64,000 nucleotides of DNA, taken from assembly GCA_963747195.1 (NCBI GenBank), contig CAVVDV010000002.1, positions 351,750 to 415,749 on the forward strand. Reading direction: 5' to 3'. Source of the stretch: an uncultured Actinomycetes bacterium (GTDB lineage Bacteria > Actinomycetota > Acidimicrobiia > IMCC26256 > JACDBD01). The notes under the pieces are model-generated. The model did no database searches. It was not told the origin of the DNA and saw nothing but the letters and a program-made list of their open reading frames with translations. Shown here one piece after another: positions 52,467 through 62,932 of the stretch; within the stretch, counting starts at the first letter, position 1; the number at the start of each line of letters is the position of its first letter. A program made the translations under genes and the position numbers.

Positions 52467-53255
52467 TCACAACGACGCGTCATCCCGTTCTCCGCTTCGC
52501 GCTCCAACGCTTCGACCGCGGCCCAGTGCGCGTCTCCCGTCCACAACCGCGCGAACGCGTCGGTTGCATCGGCCTCGAGCTCGGGGTGGAAAGACGGGAC
52601 TGCCGCGCCGACGACGGCCTTCACGGCGCGCGTCGTGCCCGGAGCCGATGCCGCCAGCCGGCGTGCGAGCGCCCGCCATTCGTCGTCGAACGTCGGCGCG
52701 CGGGACGACGACGTCGACGAGGCCGAATCGCTGCGCGGTCGGCGCGTCGTAGACATCGCCGGTCGCGATGGCCAGGAGCGCGCGACTGCGACCCACCAAC
52801 TGGGCGAGCCGCTCCGCGCCGCCCCACGCCGGCATGATCCCGAGCGCCACCTGGTTGAAGCCGATCTTGACGTCGTCGGCCGCGATGCGGATGTCCGCCG
52901 CGACGGCGACCTCCGCTCCGCCGCCGAGCGCGTGCCCGTTGAGCGCCGCGATCACCGGGACGGGGAAGGCGGCGACGCGGTCGAGCAGCCTCCGGACCCG
53001 GCTCGCCATGGCGACGGCCGCCTCGTGCGTGCGGATCGAGCCCAGCTCCTTGATGTCGCCGCCCGAGACGAACGCGCGATCGCCGCTACCCCGCAACACC
53101 AGCACTGCCGCGCCCGAGTCGGCCACCTCGTCGACCGCGGCGCCGAGCGCGTCGATGGTCGCGAAGCCGATGGCGTTGCGGGCCTCGGGCCGGTCGATGG
53201 TCACCACCGCAACGCCGGCATCGATCTCGAGTCGCACGTCAGAGGCCTCGAACAC
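52467..53255 (-). CDS. Enoyl-CoA hydratase/isomerase family (frameshifts; 3' end approximate)
   Basis: IDRPEARNAI, FVSGGD, NGHALGGGAE, PAWGG. Confidence 0.85.
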   Translation of the reverse strand: MFEASDVRLEIDAGVAVVTIDRPEARNAIGFATIDALGAAVDEVADSGAAVLVLRGSGDRAFVSGGDIKELGSIRTHEAAVAMASRVRRLLDRVAAFPVPVIAALNGHALGGGAEVAVAADIRIAADDVKIGFNQVALGIMPAWGGAERLAQLVGRSRALLAIATGDVYDAPTAQRFGLVDVVVPRADVRRRMAGARTPAGGIGSGHDARREGRRRRGSPVFPPRARGRCNRRVRAVVDGRRALGRGRSVGARSGERDDASL

Positions 53256-53296
53256 AAATGGAGAATAGCGCTCTCGCGATCGCGTCACGCTCCCCA

Positions 53297-53375
53297 TCTG
53301 CATATCCAATTTCGCTACGCTCCACGTCGGCGTCGCTTTCCGACTTTCTGCATATCGCAATTTCCGCTACGCTCC
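53297..53375 (+). repeat. Imperfect direct repeat upstream of the mutase
   Basis: tctgcatatccaatttcgctacgctcc (53297) and tctgcatatcgcaatttccgctacgctcc (53347). Confidence 0.75.
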
Positions 53376-53379
53376 GCTC

Positions 53380-54964
53380 GTGGACGACGGCGTGCACAGC
53401 GAGGCCGGGATCCCTCTCGCCCCGAGCTACGGGCCGGCCGACCTCCCGCCGCCCGAGTCGATCCCGCCGCCGGGTGTGTTCCCCTTCACGCGCGGCAACT
53501 TCCCCGACGGGTACCGGGGCCGTCTGTGGACGATCCGCCAGTACTCGGGCTTCGGCACGCCCGAGGAGTCGAACGAGCGCTACCGCTACCTCCTCGCCCA
53601 GGGGGGCACCGGCCTCTCGGTCGCGCTCGACCTCCCGACCCAGTGCGGGTACGACTCCGACCACCCCGACGTCGAGGAGGAGGTCGGCCGGGTCGGCGTC
53701 GCGCTCGACACGCTCGCCGACGCCGAGATCCTGTTCGACCGCATCCCGCTCGACGCGATCAGCACGAGCTTCACGATCAACGGCACGGCGGCGATCCTGC
53801 TGGCGTTCTACGTGGCGGTCGGGGAGAAGCAGGGCGTCGACCGGTCGAAGCTGCGCGGCACGATCCAGAACGACATCCTCAAGGAGTACGTGAGCCGCGG
53901 CACGTGGATCTGGCCGCCCCGCCCGTCGCTGCGGCTGATCGCGGACACGATCGAGTTCTGCGCGCAGGAAGTGCCGCGCTTCAACGCGATCTCCGTGGCG
54001 GGCGCGCACTTCCGTGACGCCGGCGCCAACGCGGCACAGGAGATGGCGTTCACCCTCGCGGACGGGGTGACGTACTGCGACGAGGTGATGGCGCGCGGCC
54101 GGATGACCATCGACGAGTTCGCGCCGCAGGTGTCGTTCTTCTTCTACACCCACGGCGACTTCTTCGAGGAGGTCGCCAAGTACCGCGCCGGGCGGCGACG
54201 CTGGGCCCGCATCGTGCGGGAGCGGTACGGCGCCAAGGACGATCGGTCGTGCATGTTCCGCGTCGGCTGCGTCGCCGGCGGCGCGTCGCTCTACGCGCCG
54301 CAGGCGCACAACAACGTCGTTCGTGTCGCCTACGAGGCCTTGGCCTCCGTGCTCGGGGGAGTCCAGTCGATGTTCACGGCCGCGTGGGACGAGCCGTTCG
54401 CGCTGCCGAGCGAGGACTCGGCGACGCTGGCGCTGCGGACGCAACAGGTGCTGGCGCACGAGACCGGCGTGACACGCGTCGCCGATCCGCTCGGCGGCTC
54501 GTACTACGTCGAGGCGCTGACCGACGAGATGGAGGCCCGGGTCGTCGAGATCATGGACGACCTCGAACGCCGCGGCGGAATGGTGAAGGCGGTCGAAGAG
54601 GGCTACCTGCAGCGGCTGATCTCGGAGGAGGCCTTCCGCGTCCAGACGGCGATCGCGTCGGGAGACCGGACGGTCGTCGGCGTGAACCGGTTCGAGACCG
54701 AAGAGGAACCGCCCGAGGTCGAGGGTTACGAGATGGACGAGAAGGGCCGCATCCGCCAGCTCGAACGGCTCGCCGACGTGAAGCGCTCACGATCGGCGGC
54801 CGACGTGCGCGACACGCTCGCCGCACTCGACGCCGCCGCCGGCGGGAGCGAGAACCTCATGCCCCTCCTCGTGGACTGCGCCAAGGCGTACTGCACGGTG
54901 GGGGAGATGGTCGCCGTGCTCAAGGACCGAGTGGGGCGAGTTCCGGCAGCCGGCGGTCTTCTGA
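53380..54964 (+). CDS. B12-dependent acyl-CoA mutase large subunit (methylmalonyl-CoA mutase family; frameshift ~54930)
   Basis: [48 protein letters not shown]. Confidence 0.92.
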
Positions 54965-55368
54965 TGCCGGTCCGGGTGCTCGTCGCCAAGCCCGGGCTCG
55001 ACGGGCACGATCGGGGAGCGAAGCTCGTGGCGCGGACCCTGCGCGACGCCGGGTTCGAGGTCATCTATACGGGCATCCGTCAGCGGCCCGAGGCGATCGC
55101 GGCGGTCGCGATGCAGGAAGACGTGCGCATCGTCGGCCTCAGCGTCCTCAGCGGCGCGCATGTCGCGCTCACCAGGAAGACGGCGGAGGCGTTGCGCAGC
55201 GCGGGCGCGGACGACGTGCTGCTCGTCGTGGGCGGCACGATCCCGAAGCGGGACGTCCCCCGCCTCGAGGCTGCCGGCGCGGCCGCCGTCTATCCGACCG
55301 GCACGCCGCTCGAAGAGCTGGTCGACAGCATGCGGGCGCTGTCGGGTACCGCTCAGGCGCCCTTGTAG
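54964..55368 (+). CDS. Cobalamin-binding small subunit of the acyl-CoA mutase
   Basis: [10 protein letters not shown] (DxHxxG), [18 protein letters not shown] coupling. Confidence 0.9.
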   Translation: MPVRVLVAKPGLDGHDRGAKLVARTLRDAGFEVIYTGIRQRPEAIAAVAMQEDVRIVGLSVLSGAHVALTRKTAEALRSAGADDVLLVVGGTIPKRDVPRLEAAGAAAVYPTGTPLEELVDSMRALSGTAQAPL

Positions 55369-56584
55369 ACGCGTCCACCCTTCATCACGAAGCGCACGTC
55401 CTGCGTCGTCGTGATGTCCTCCGACGGGTCGCCCGGTACCGCGACGATGTCGGCGAGGAGCCCGGGCTCCGAGCCGGCCCCGGTCGTCGACGCCGATGAG
55501 CTCGGCGCTCATCACGGTGGCCGCCTGCAGCGCCTGCATCGGCGTCATGCCGCGGTCGACCATCGCCCAGAGCTCCTTGGCGTTCTCGCCGTGAGGGATC
55601 GCGGGCGCGTCGGTGCCGCACGCGATCTTCACGCCGTTCGCGATCGCCTTCCCGAGCATGGCCCGGGCGCGCGGGAACACCTCCGCCGCCTTGGCCTGGA
55701 GCTCGGGCGCCGCCCTCGACATGTCGAGACCCTCGGAGAGGAAGCTGGTCGGCACGAGGAAGGTGCCGTTCTCGACCATCATCTGGATCGTCTCGTCCTC
55801 CGCGAGCGAGCCGTGCTCGATGCAATCGACTCCGGCGCGGATGCACGCCCTGATGCCGGCGTCGCCGTGCGCGTGCGCCGCGACCTTGATGCCGGCGCGG
55901 TGCGCTTCGTCGACGATGGCCGCCAGCTCCTCGTCGGAGTACTGCTGCGCGCCGGCGAGGCCGCTGTGCGACATCACGCCGCCGGAGGCGGAGATCTTGA
56001 TGAGGCGGGCGCCGTACTTGATCTGGTAGCGGACGGCCTTGCGCACCTCGGGCACGCCGTTGGCGATGCCCTCCTCGACGCTGAGCGGCATGATGTCGGG
56101 CCCCAACCGCTCGAACATCGTCGGATCGAGGTGCCCACCGGTCGGCGTGATGGCGTGCCCCGCCGGCACGATGCGGGGTCCGTCGATCCAGCCGTTGTCG
56201 ATCGCCCGTGCGAGCGCGACGTCCAGCAGATAGCCACCGGTCTTCACGAAGAGGCCGAGGTTGCGGACGGTCGTGAAACCCGCGAGCAGCGTCGTGCGGC
56301 AGTTCACGGTTCCGCGCAGGGTGCGGAACGCCGGGTCGTCCTGGACGTCGCTGCGCCGGTTCCCGCCGTGGGGCCCGCCCAGGAGCATGTTGATCTCCAT
56401 GTCCATCAGGCCGGGGAGCAGCGTGACGTCGCCGAGGTCGATCTCCGTCGCGCCGGCGGGCAGGTCGTCGGCGCCGACGGCTGCGATTCGATCGCCCTCC
56501 ACGACGACGGTCGCCGGCGACCGGACGAGCCCGGCGTCGACGTCGACCCAACGGTCGCGCCCGAAGGACGACGGCGTCGCTCAC
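55353..56584 (-). CDS. Metal-dependent amidohydrolase, prolidase-like subgroup with atypical first metal motif (frameshifts)
   Basis: [51 protein letters not shown]. Confidence 0.85.
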
Positions 56585-56917
56585 GGGATCGGTTCGATCA
56601 GGAGGTCGAGGTAGGCGGCGCCGCTGTCGGGGACGTGCGGCTGGCGCCAGACCTCGACGGGGAACGAGACCATGACGAGCGAGTACAGCAACTGGAGCAG
56701 CCGCTGCGCGTCGTCGGGCATGTCGTCGAGCTCGAACTTGTCGCAGTACTGCGATCGCTTCCTCGGCGCGCGGGAAGAAGGCGTCGTAGAAGGCTTGCAT
56801 CTCCTCCATCGAGCTCGTCATCCGTTGCGCGAACCGCTCCCGCTCCGTCGGCAGGCACCACGTCGCGGCGAAGGGCTCCAGCTCGGAGAACTCGCCGGGC
56901 AACCGGGCTTCGCTCAT
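56581..56917 (-). CDS. Small hypothetical protein coupled to the Rieske gene (frameshift ~56755)
   Basis: LPGEFSELEPFA..WCL..ERER...MQAFYD...VSFPVEVWRQP; ATGA/GTGA overlaps. Confidence 0.72.
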
Positions 56918-58194
56918 CGGGCTCCCACCTCCACCCGTTCGCGCGTGTAGTCGTCGACCCAGTCGGCGGCCACCTTGTGCAGGTGCCGGCAGAGGATCTC
57001 CTGGTCGTTCAGCGGGAAGGCGGTCACGACGCGTGACTCGAGCATGGTCTGCGTCGCCTCGAGCGTGTTGCCGTCCTGGAGCGCGTACTCCTTGAACGTG
57101 ACCGCGGCCATCTCCTGCGCGAGGCGCTCACGCGCGTTCTTCGGCGGGACGAAGTAGAGGTTCCCTTCGAACACGTGCGCGTTGTGCGACGTCGGCCAGT
57201 AGTGGTACGTGAGGTACCAGCCTCGCTCCCAGATCAGGATCACGAAGTTCGGCCAGACCTGGAACGAGTCGAGGCCCCAGTGCTTCCGGTCGGCCGGGTT
57301 GACGCCCGCGGGCAGCGGGTCCGGGCCGAGGTCGGGCGCGTCCCACGGACCGAACAGGCCGCTGCGCGTCACCGTCTCCATGGGCTTCAGCATCTCGGGG
57401 GGCATCCGCCACCCTTCCCCGACGGTTGTCGTCACCAGCCGGTGCGGTCCGTCGAGTTGGTAGTGCAGCGCCTCGAAGCCGGCGGCCTGCACTTCGGGGA
57501 GCGCCGCGACGGGTGACTGGCGCGCGTGCAGCACGGGTGCGTGGTAGAACTCCTGGAAGGCGTCGATGAACAGCTTCCAGTTCGCGTGGACGACTGCGCG
57601 GTACGAGAAGCGCTCCGTCTGCTGGTCGAACGGGTAGCCCTCGATCGCGGTCGTCATCGGGCCGAGGAACTCTCTCAGCGACTGGCGCGGCTCCTTCTCC
57701 AGGTTCACGAAGATGAAGCCCGACCACACGTCGCAGTGCACCGGGACGAGCCCGTAGTCGGACTTGTCGAGGTCGAAGAACTCGCCCTCCTGCTGCACGA
57801 ACGCGCAGGCACCGTCGAGCTCGTACTTCCAGCCGTGGTACTTGCAGACGAACTGGCGGCAGCTCCCGCTCGTCTCCTCGCCCGGGAAGTCGGTCCAGAC
57901 GAGCTTGTTGCCGCGGTGACGGCAGATGTTGTGGAAGGCGCGCACCTCTCCGTCCATCCCGCGCACGACGACGATCGAGGTGTTGGCGACCGCCAGCTCC
58001 TTGGTGAAGTAGCTCCCCTTGCGGGACAGCTGCTCGACGCGGCCGACGTTCAGCCAGGAGCGCTTGAAGATGGCCTCGCGCTCGAGCTCGTGGATCTCGG
58101 GAGAGATCGAGTCCTCGTACGACACGGGCCCGGTTCCGAGCTCCGGGTAGTGCGCCGTCCAGCTGCCTTCCGGCGGCTTCTCGATGCGAGCCAT
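56914..58194 (-). CDS. Rieske non-heme iron oxygenase alpha subunit
   Basis: NICRHRG, CKYHGW, NWKLFIDAFQEFYHAPVLH, QD. Confidence 0.92.
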   Translation of the reverse strand: MARIEKPPEGSWTAHYPELGTGPVSYEDSISPEIHELEREAIFKRSWLNVGRVEQLSRKGSYFTKELAVANTSIVVVRGMDGEVRAFHNICRHRGNKLVWTDFPGEETSGSCRQFVCKYHGWKYELDGACAFVQQEGEFFDLDKSDYGLVPVHCDVWSGFIFVNLEKEPRQSLREFLGPMTTAIEGYPFDQQTERFSYRAVVHANWKLFIDAFQEFYHAPVLHARQSPVAALPEVQAAGFEALHYQLDGPHRLVTTTVGEGWRMPPEMLKPMETVTRSGLFGPWDAPDLGPDPLPAGVNPADRKHWGLDSFQVWPNFVILIWERGWYLTYHYWPTSHNAHVFEGNLYFVPPKNARERLAQEMAAVTFKEYALQDGNTLEATQTMLESRVVTAFPLNDQEILCRHLHKVAADWVDDYTRERVEVGAR

Positions 58195-58198
58195 CTCT

Positions 58199-58822
58199 CT
58201 AGTCCTCCGAGTCGGGGAGAGGCGGAGCCGCGAGCGTTCGCAGCTCGGGGTCGAGCTCCAGCCCGAAGCTGTTGAACGCCATGGCCAGGCACGTGTACGT
58301 GCCGACGACGAACACGACCTCCACGAGCTGGCGCTCGTCGAGGTGCTCGGCCAACCGGGCCCACGTCGCGTCGTCGATGCGATAGCCGTCGATCAGCTCA
58401 TTGGTCGCGGCGAGGAGGTCGGCCTCGAGCGGTGTCCATGTCGCGTCGGTGTCGGCGCCGCGCGCGATGGCGTCGACCTCGTCCGGTGTGATGCCACACC
58501 CTTGCGCCAGGCGCACGTGCTGCACCCACTCGTACGTCGAACGCGTCCGCCACGCCACCCGGAGCACCATGAGCTCGCGCAGCCGGGGCGCGAGCGCGGG
58601 CGTGAACAGGAGCACGCGGTTGAAGGCGAGGAACGGTCCGGCGAGGCCGGGGTGGTGCATGAGCGTGGTGAGCACGTTGGGCACTCGGGCCGCGTCCGGA
58701 CCCGACGAGAGGAACCGGTCGGTCGCCTCCTTCCCGAACCCGGCCTGCAACGCCGCCCGGGCGTCGTCGTCCCAGCGCTCGACGGGCAGGGGAGCGAGGC
58801 GAGGCCCCGCGGTCGCGGTCAC
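58199..58822 (-). CDS. Carboxymuconolactone decarboxylase/AhpD-like protein
   Basis: HPGL, RELMVLRVAW, YEWVQH, VGTY. Confidence 0.85.
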   Translation of the reverse strand: MTATAGPRLAPLPVERWDDDARAALQAGFGKEATDRFLSSGPDAARVPNVLTTLMHHPGLAGPFLAFNRVLLFTPALAPRLRELMVLRVAWRTRSTYEWVQHVRLAQGCGITPDEVDAIARGADTDATWTPLEADLLAATNELIDGYRIDDATWARLAEHLDERQLVEVVFVVGTYTCLAMAFNSFGLELDPELRTLAAPPLPDSED

Positions 58823-59563
58823 AGGTACCACCCGCCGTTGACGCCGATCTGCTGCCCGGTGATGTACCCCGCGTCGTCGGAGCAGAGGAACGCGCAGGTC
58901 GCGGCGATGTCCTCGGGCGTGCCGGCTCGCCGCACGGGCGTGGCGGCGGCGATGGTGTCGATGCTCGGGACGTTGCCCGCCTTCTCGGCGCGGCGCGCCA
59001 TGGGCGTGTCGATGATCGCGGGAGGGATGGTGTTCACGGTGATGCCGTGGGGCGCGAGCTCGACCGCCAGGGCCTTGGTGAGGCCGATGACGCCGCCCTT
59101 CGACGCGACGTAGTGCGCCATGTTGGCGGCGCCCGACTGCGCGCTCGACGACGAGATGGTCACGATCCGGCCCCACCCCGCAGCCAGCATGTCGGGGACC
59201 GCCGCCTGCAGGCAGTGGAACGTGCCCGTGAGGTTGACCGCGAGGATCCGCGCCCACGCCTCGGGAGTGATCTCGGTGAACGCGGCGAACTCGTCCAACC
59301 CCGCGCTCGTGACCATGATCTCGACGGGCCCGAGCTCGGTGCGGACCTTGCGCAGCGCTTCGTCGACCGCCGAACGGTCGGTGACGTCGACCTCGCAGGC
59401 CAGCGCCGCGCGCGTCGCCCGCCCGCAGGTCCTCGGCGGCGCGCTGCGCGGCGTCACCGTCGAGGTCGAGCAGCCCCACCCGGTGGCCGCGGTCGGCGAG
59501 GTGCCGGCTCACCGCGAGCCCCATCCCGGATGCGGCGCCGGTGACGACGGCCACCCGACCCAT
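58819..59563 (-). CDS. SDR oxidoreductase (frameshift ~59420)
   Basis: TGAASGMG, YVASKGG, ITGQQIGVNGG. Confidence 0.9.
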
Positions 59564-59611
59564 GAGCTCCCCCTTCGGAACGTGCGCTTCCCGTGAGTAT
59601 TGACCATGGTC

Positions 59612-59657
59612 GAGAACGAGTGCAAGACTGTTCTCGAAAAACGAGAACGTCATTGCC
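59612..59657. promoter_or_regulatory. Cluster of operator motif B sites in divergent promoter
   Basis: GAGAACGAG, TGCAAGACTGTTCTC and GAGAACGTCATTGCC in an AT-richer spacer. Confidence 0.55.
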
Positions 59658-59693
59658 GTTTGGTCAGTTGCCATTCCGCTCAGGGGGCGGTGC

Positions 59694-60652
59694 ATGCGGA
59701 TCGGGCTGATGATCGGCCCCGAGAAGGGGCGGTACCGCGAGAAGGTGGCGCGGCTCGTCGCCGATGCCGAGGCCGCCGAGCAGGCCGGCTTCACGCTCGA
59801 TCTGGGTGCCCCAGCTCCCGGGCGACTTCGACGCGCTGACCGCGATCGCGCTCATGGGCCGGGCGACCGACCGCGTCGAGCTCGGGACGGCGGTCCTGCC
59901 GATCCAGACCCGCCACCCGGTGGCCATGGCGCAGCAGGCGCTGTCGAACCAGGCGGTGTGCGAAGGGCGGTTCACGCTCGGGCTCGGGCCCTCCCACCAC
60001 TGGATCGTCGAGGACATGCTCGGCCTGCCCTACGACCGGCCCGCCCGCCAGGTGCGGGACTACCTCGAGGTGCTGAACGCCGCGTTCGCCGGCCCCGGCC
60101 CCGGTCGACGTCGAGAACGACAGCTACCGCGTGCACAACCCGCTCGACGTCACCGACATCGCCCGACGCCGGTCCTCCTGGCGGCTCTCGCGCCGGTGAT
60201 GCTCCGCATCGCCGGCGAGCACGCGTCGGGGACCATCCTCTGGATGGCGGACGAGCGGGCGATCGGCGAGCACGTCGTGCCGCGGATCACGAAGGCCGCG
60301 GCCGAGGCGGGGCGGCCGAGCCCGCGGATCGTGGCCGGCGTCCCGGTGGCGCTGTGCGCCGACGACGAGGTCGACGCTGCGCGCGGCGTGGGCCAACCAG
60401 GTGCTCGGGCACGCCGAGTACTCGCCGAACTACCAGCGGCTGCTCGAGCACGGCGACGCCACCGACGTCGGCGACGTGCTCGCCGCCGGGCGACGAGACC
60501 GCGGTCGTCGACCGGCTCCGCAGCTTCCGCGACGCGGGCGTCACCGACCTGGCCGTCCGCGTCCTCCCGCTGGGCAGGGACCGCGCCGCGCGCATCGAGT
60601 CACGCGAGCCGCGTCGATGCGCTTCCTCGCGTCGCTCTGCCCCGAGCTCTGA
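59694..60652 (+). CDS. LLM-class F420-dependent oxidoreductase (frameshifts)
   Basis: WVPQ, ELGTAV, RHP, GRFTLGLGPSH, AALAPVML. Confidence 0.85.
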
Positions 60653-60659
60653 ACGTGCC

Positions 60660-61823
60660 GTGACGGACGCGTCGTCGGGCCCGCTCGCCGGCATCAGGAT
60701 CCTCGAGGTCGGGCACATCCTGGCGGGACCCGTTCGCCGGCATGCTGCTGGCCGACCTCGGCGCCGACGTCATCAAGATCGAGCCGATCGACGGCGACCT
60801 GTCCCGCCAGGTGGGATCGGACTACGTCGGCGAGCACAACGTGTACTTCGCGAGCCTGAACCGCAACAAGCGCAGCGTGCACATCGATCTCACGACCGAG
60901 GAGGGCCAGGCCGAGCTCGGCGCGCTCGCGGAGACGGCCGACGCGCTGCTCGTGAACCTGCGTCCGTCGACGATCCGGAAGCTCGGCCTCGACTACGAGT
61001 CGCTGCGCCGATTCAACCCGAAGATCGTGTGCGTCGCGCTCACCGGGTACGGCCTCGAGGGCCCGGCGGCCGAGTGGCCCGCCTTCGACTACGTCATCCA
61101 GGCCGGGGTCGGCGTCGCCGGCCTGACCGGTGAGCCCGACGGGCCCCCGACGCTCCCCGGCTACTCCGCCGTCGACAACTCGTCGGCGATCATGGCCGCG
61201 CTGGCGCTCGTCGCGAAGGTGCACGAAGGCAAGGGCGGGCAGGTCGACGTCTCGCTCTTCGACGTCATGCTCTCGCAGCTCAACTACAAGGCGGCGGCGT
61301 ACCTGAACGGCGGGGACGTCCCCGGCGCGCCAGACGCTCGGCGCGCACAACTTCTACGTGCCCGCGCAGCTGTTCGAGACGGCGTCCGGCTACCTCGCGC
61401 TGTTCGTGACCCACGACGAGTTCTGGCGGCGGCTGTGCGTGGAGATCGATCGCGCCGAGTGGGCGGACGATCCGCGCTTCGCCACCATGCACGCGCGGTT
61501 CGAGAACCGAGCCGAGCTGCTCGACGCGCTCGGCTGCGCGGCTGAAGGAAGCTCCGGCAGCAGAGTGGGCGGACCGCCTCCGCCCGCTCGGGATCGCCGT
61601 CGGTGCCGTCGCCGACCTGGGTGACGCGCTCGACGGCGAGCTCGTACGGTCGCGCGGGATGGTCGTCGTCGGTCGAGACCGACAGACGGACCGCTGCGCT
61701 TGGTCGGCGAGCCCGATCCGGTTCGACGGCGGCAGCGCGGAGTACCGCCCGCCCCCGCGCTTGCACGAGCACACCGGAGAGCTCGTCGAGCGGCCCGACG
61801 ACGAGCCGGGTCACGCGTCGTAG
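60660..61823 (+). CDS. CaiB/BaiF family III CoA-transferase (frameshifts)
   Basis: PLAGIRILE, LADLGADVIKIE, NRNKRS, TGYG, DYVIQA, PPRLHEHT. Confidence 0.87.
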
Positions 61824-62835
61824 TCGACGACGACCTCTCTCGCTCGTGGGGAGCGACTGGCACGTCAGGACCCAGCCGTCGTCGACCTCGTCGGCCGCCA
61901 ACGCGTTGTTCACGCGCATGGTCACCGAGCCCTCGTCGAGGTGGGCCATGCACGTGGCGCAGCTGCCCGCCTCGCACGAGAAGGGCGGGCTGAGGCCGGC
62001 ACGCCGGGCGGCCTCCAGGATCGTGTCCCCGGCCTGGTACGGGAACGTCTGCTTGCGCCGATCGATCCGGATCACGAGCGACTCGGTGACGCTCGCCTGC
62101 TCCGCCACGCGGTTCGGCGGCGGGCACGACGAAACGCTCGATGAAACGTCGCTCCGCGCTCGACGCCGAGCGTCGAGAGCCCGCGCGTCGACGATGTCCA
62201 TGTAGGGGCCGGGCCCGCAGATGTAGAAGTCGGCGTGCGCGCTGCCGTCGACGAGCGCCGCGCAGCCGGCGGCGTCGAGGAAGCCGCGTTCCGAATCGTG
62301 GTGGTGGTGGACGGTCAGCCGGCCGCCGGACTCCGCGCGGAGGCGCTCGAGCTCGTCGGCGAAGATGACGGCGTCCGCGTCTGCGGTTGGCGTACACGAG
62401 CGCGATCGGGCCGTTCCGTAGTCGCCAGCGCGCTCTTGACGATCGAGATGACCGGCGTGATGCCGCTGCCGCCCGCGAACGCCACGATCGGCGCGTCGCG
62501 TCGCACGGAGCACGAAGAGCCCGGCCGGGCGCATCACGTCGATGGTGTCGCCCGGCTGCGAGCGTGTCGTTCATCCAGTTCGACATCCGGCCACCCGGGA
62601 CGCGCTTGACCGCCGTGGTGAAGCGCTCGCCGATCTCGGGCGAGCTCGACATCGAGTAGCAGCGAGAGACTGTCTCGCCGTCGATGGTGGCCCGGAACGT
62701 GCAGTACTGCCCGGCGGCGTAGGCGAACGTCGCCTCGAGCTCCGAGGGGATCTCGAGGACGAACGACCGGGTGTCGGCCGTCTCGTCGACGACGTCAACC
62801 ACGGTCAAGGGGTGGAACTCGTGGTCGGGCAGCAT
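61811..62835 (-). CDS. Ferredoxin-NAD(P) reductase, KshB/PaaE-like (FAD, NAD and 2Fe-2S domains; frameshifts)
   Basis: RCYSMSS, AGGSGITP, YICGPGPYM, SCEAGSCATC, LTCQ. Confidence 0.88.
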
Positions 62836-62932
62836 CGGCGGTTCCCTCGGCGGCCGGCGCGGTCTATGATAACCCCGCTCTCGAATTTTGTTAACTCTCG
62901 TTTTCGCCGAGCGCGAGGGGGGAGAGCCAGGG

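Noticed and set aside
53380..55368. Single-chain 662-aa mutase
   Set aside because: The large-subunit ending [14 protein letters not shown] is in a shifted frame and forms a TGATG overlap with the small subunit.
58199..59794. 531-aa SDR-CMD fusion ORF
   Set aside because: The SDR stops at 58819, overlapping the CMD GTG; a frameshift near 59420 explains the ORF.
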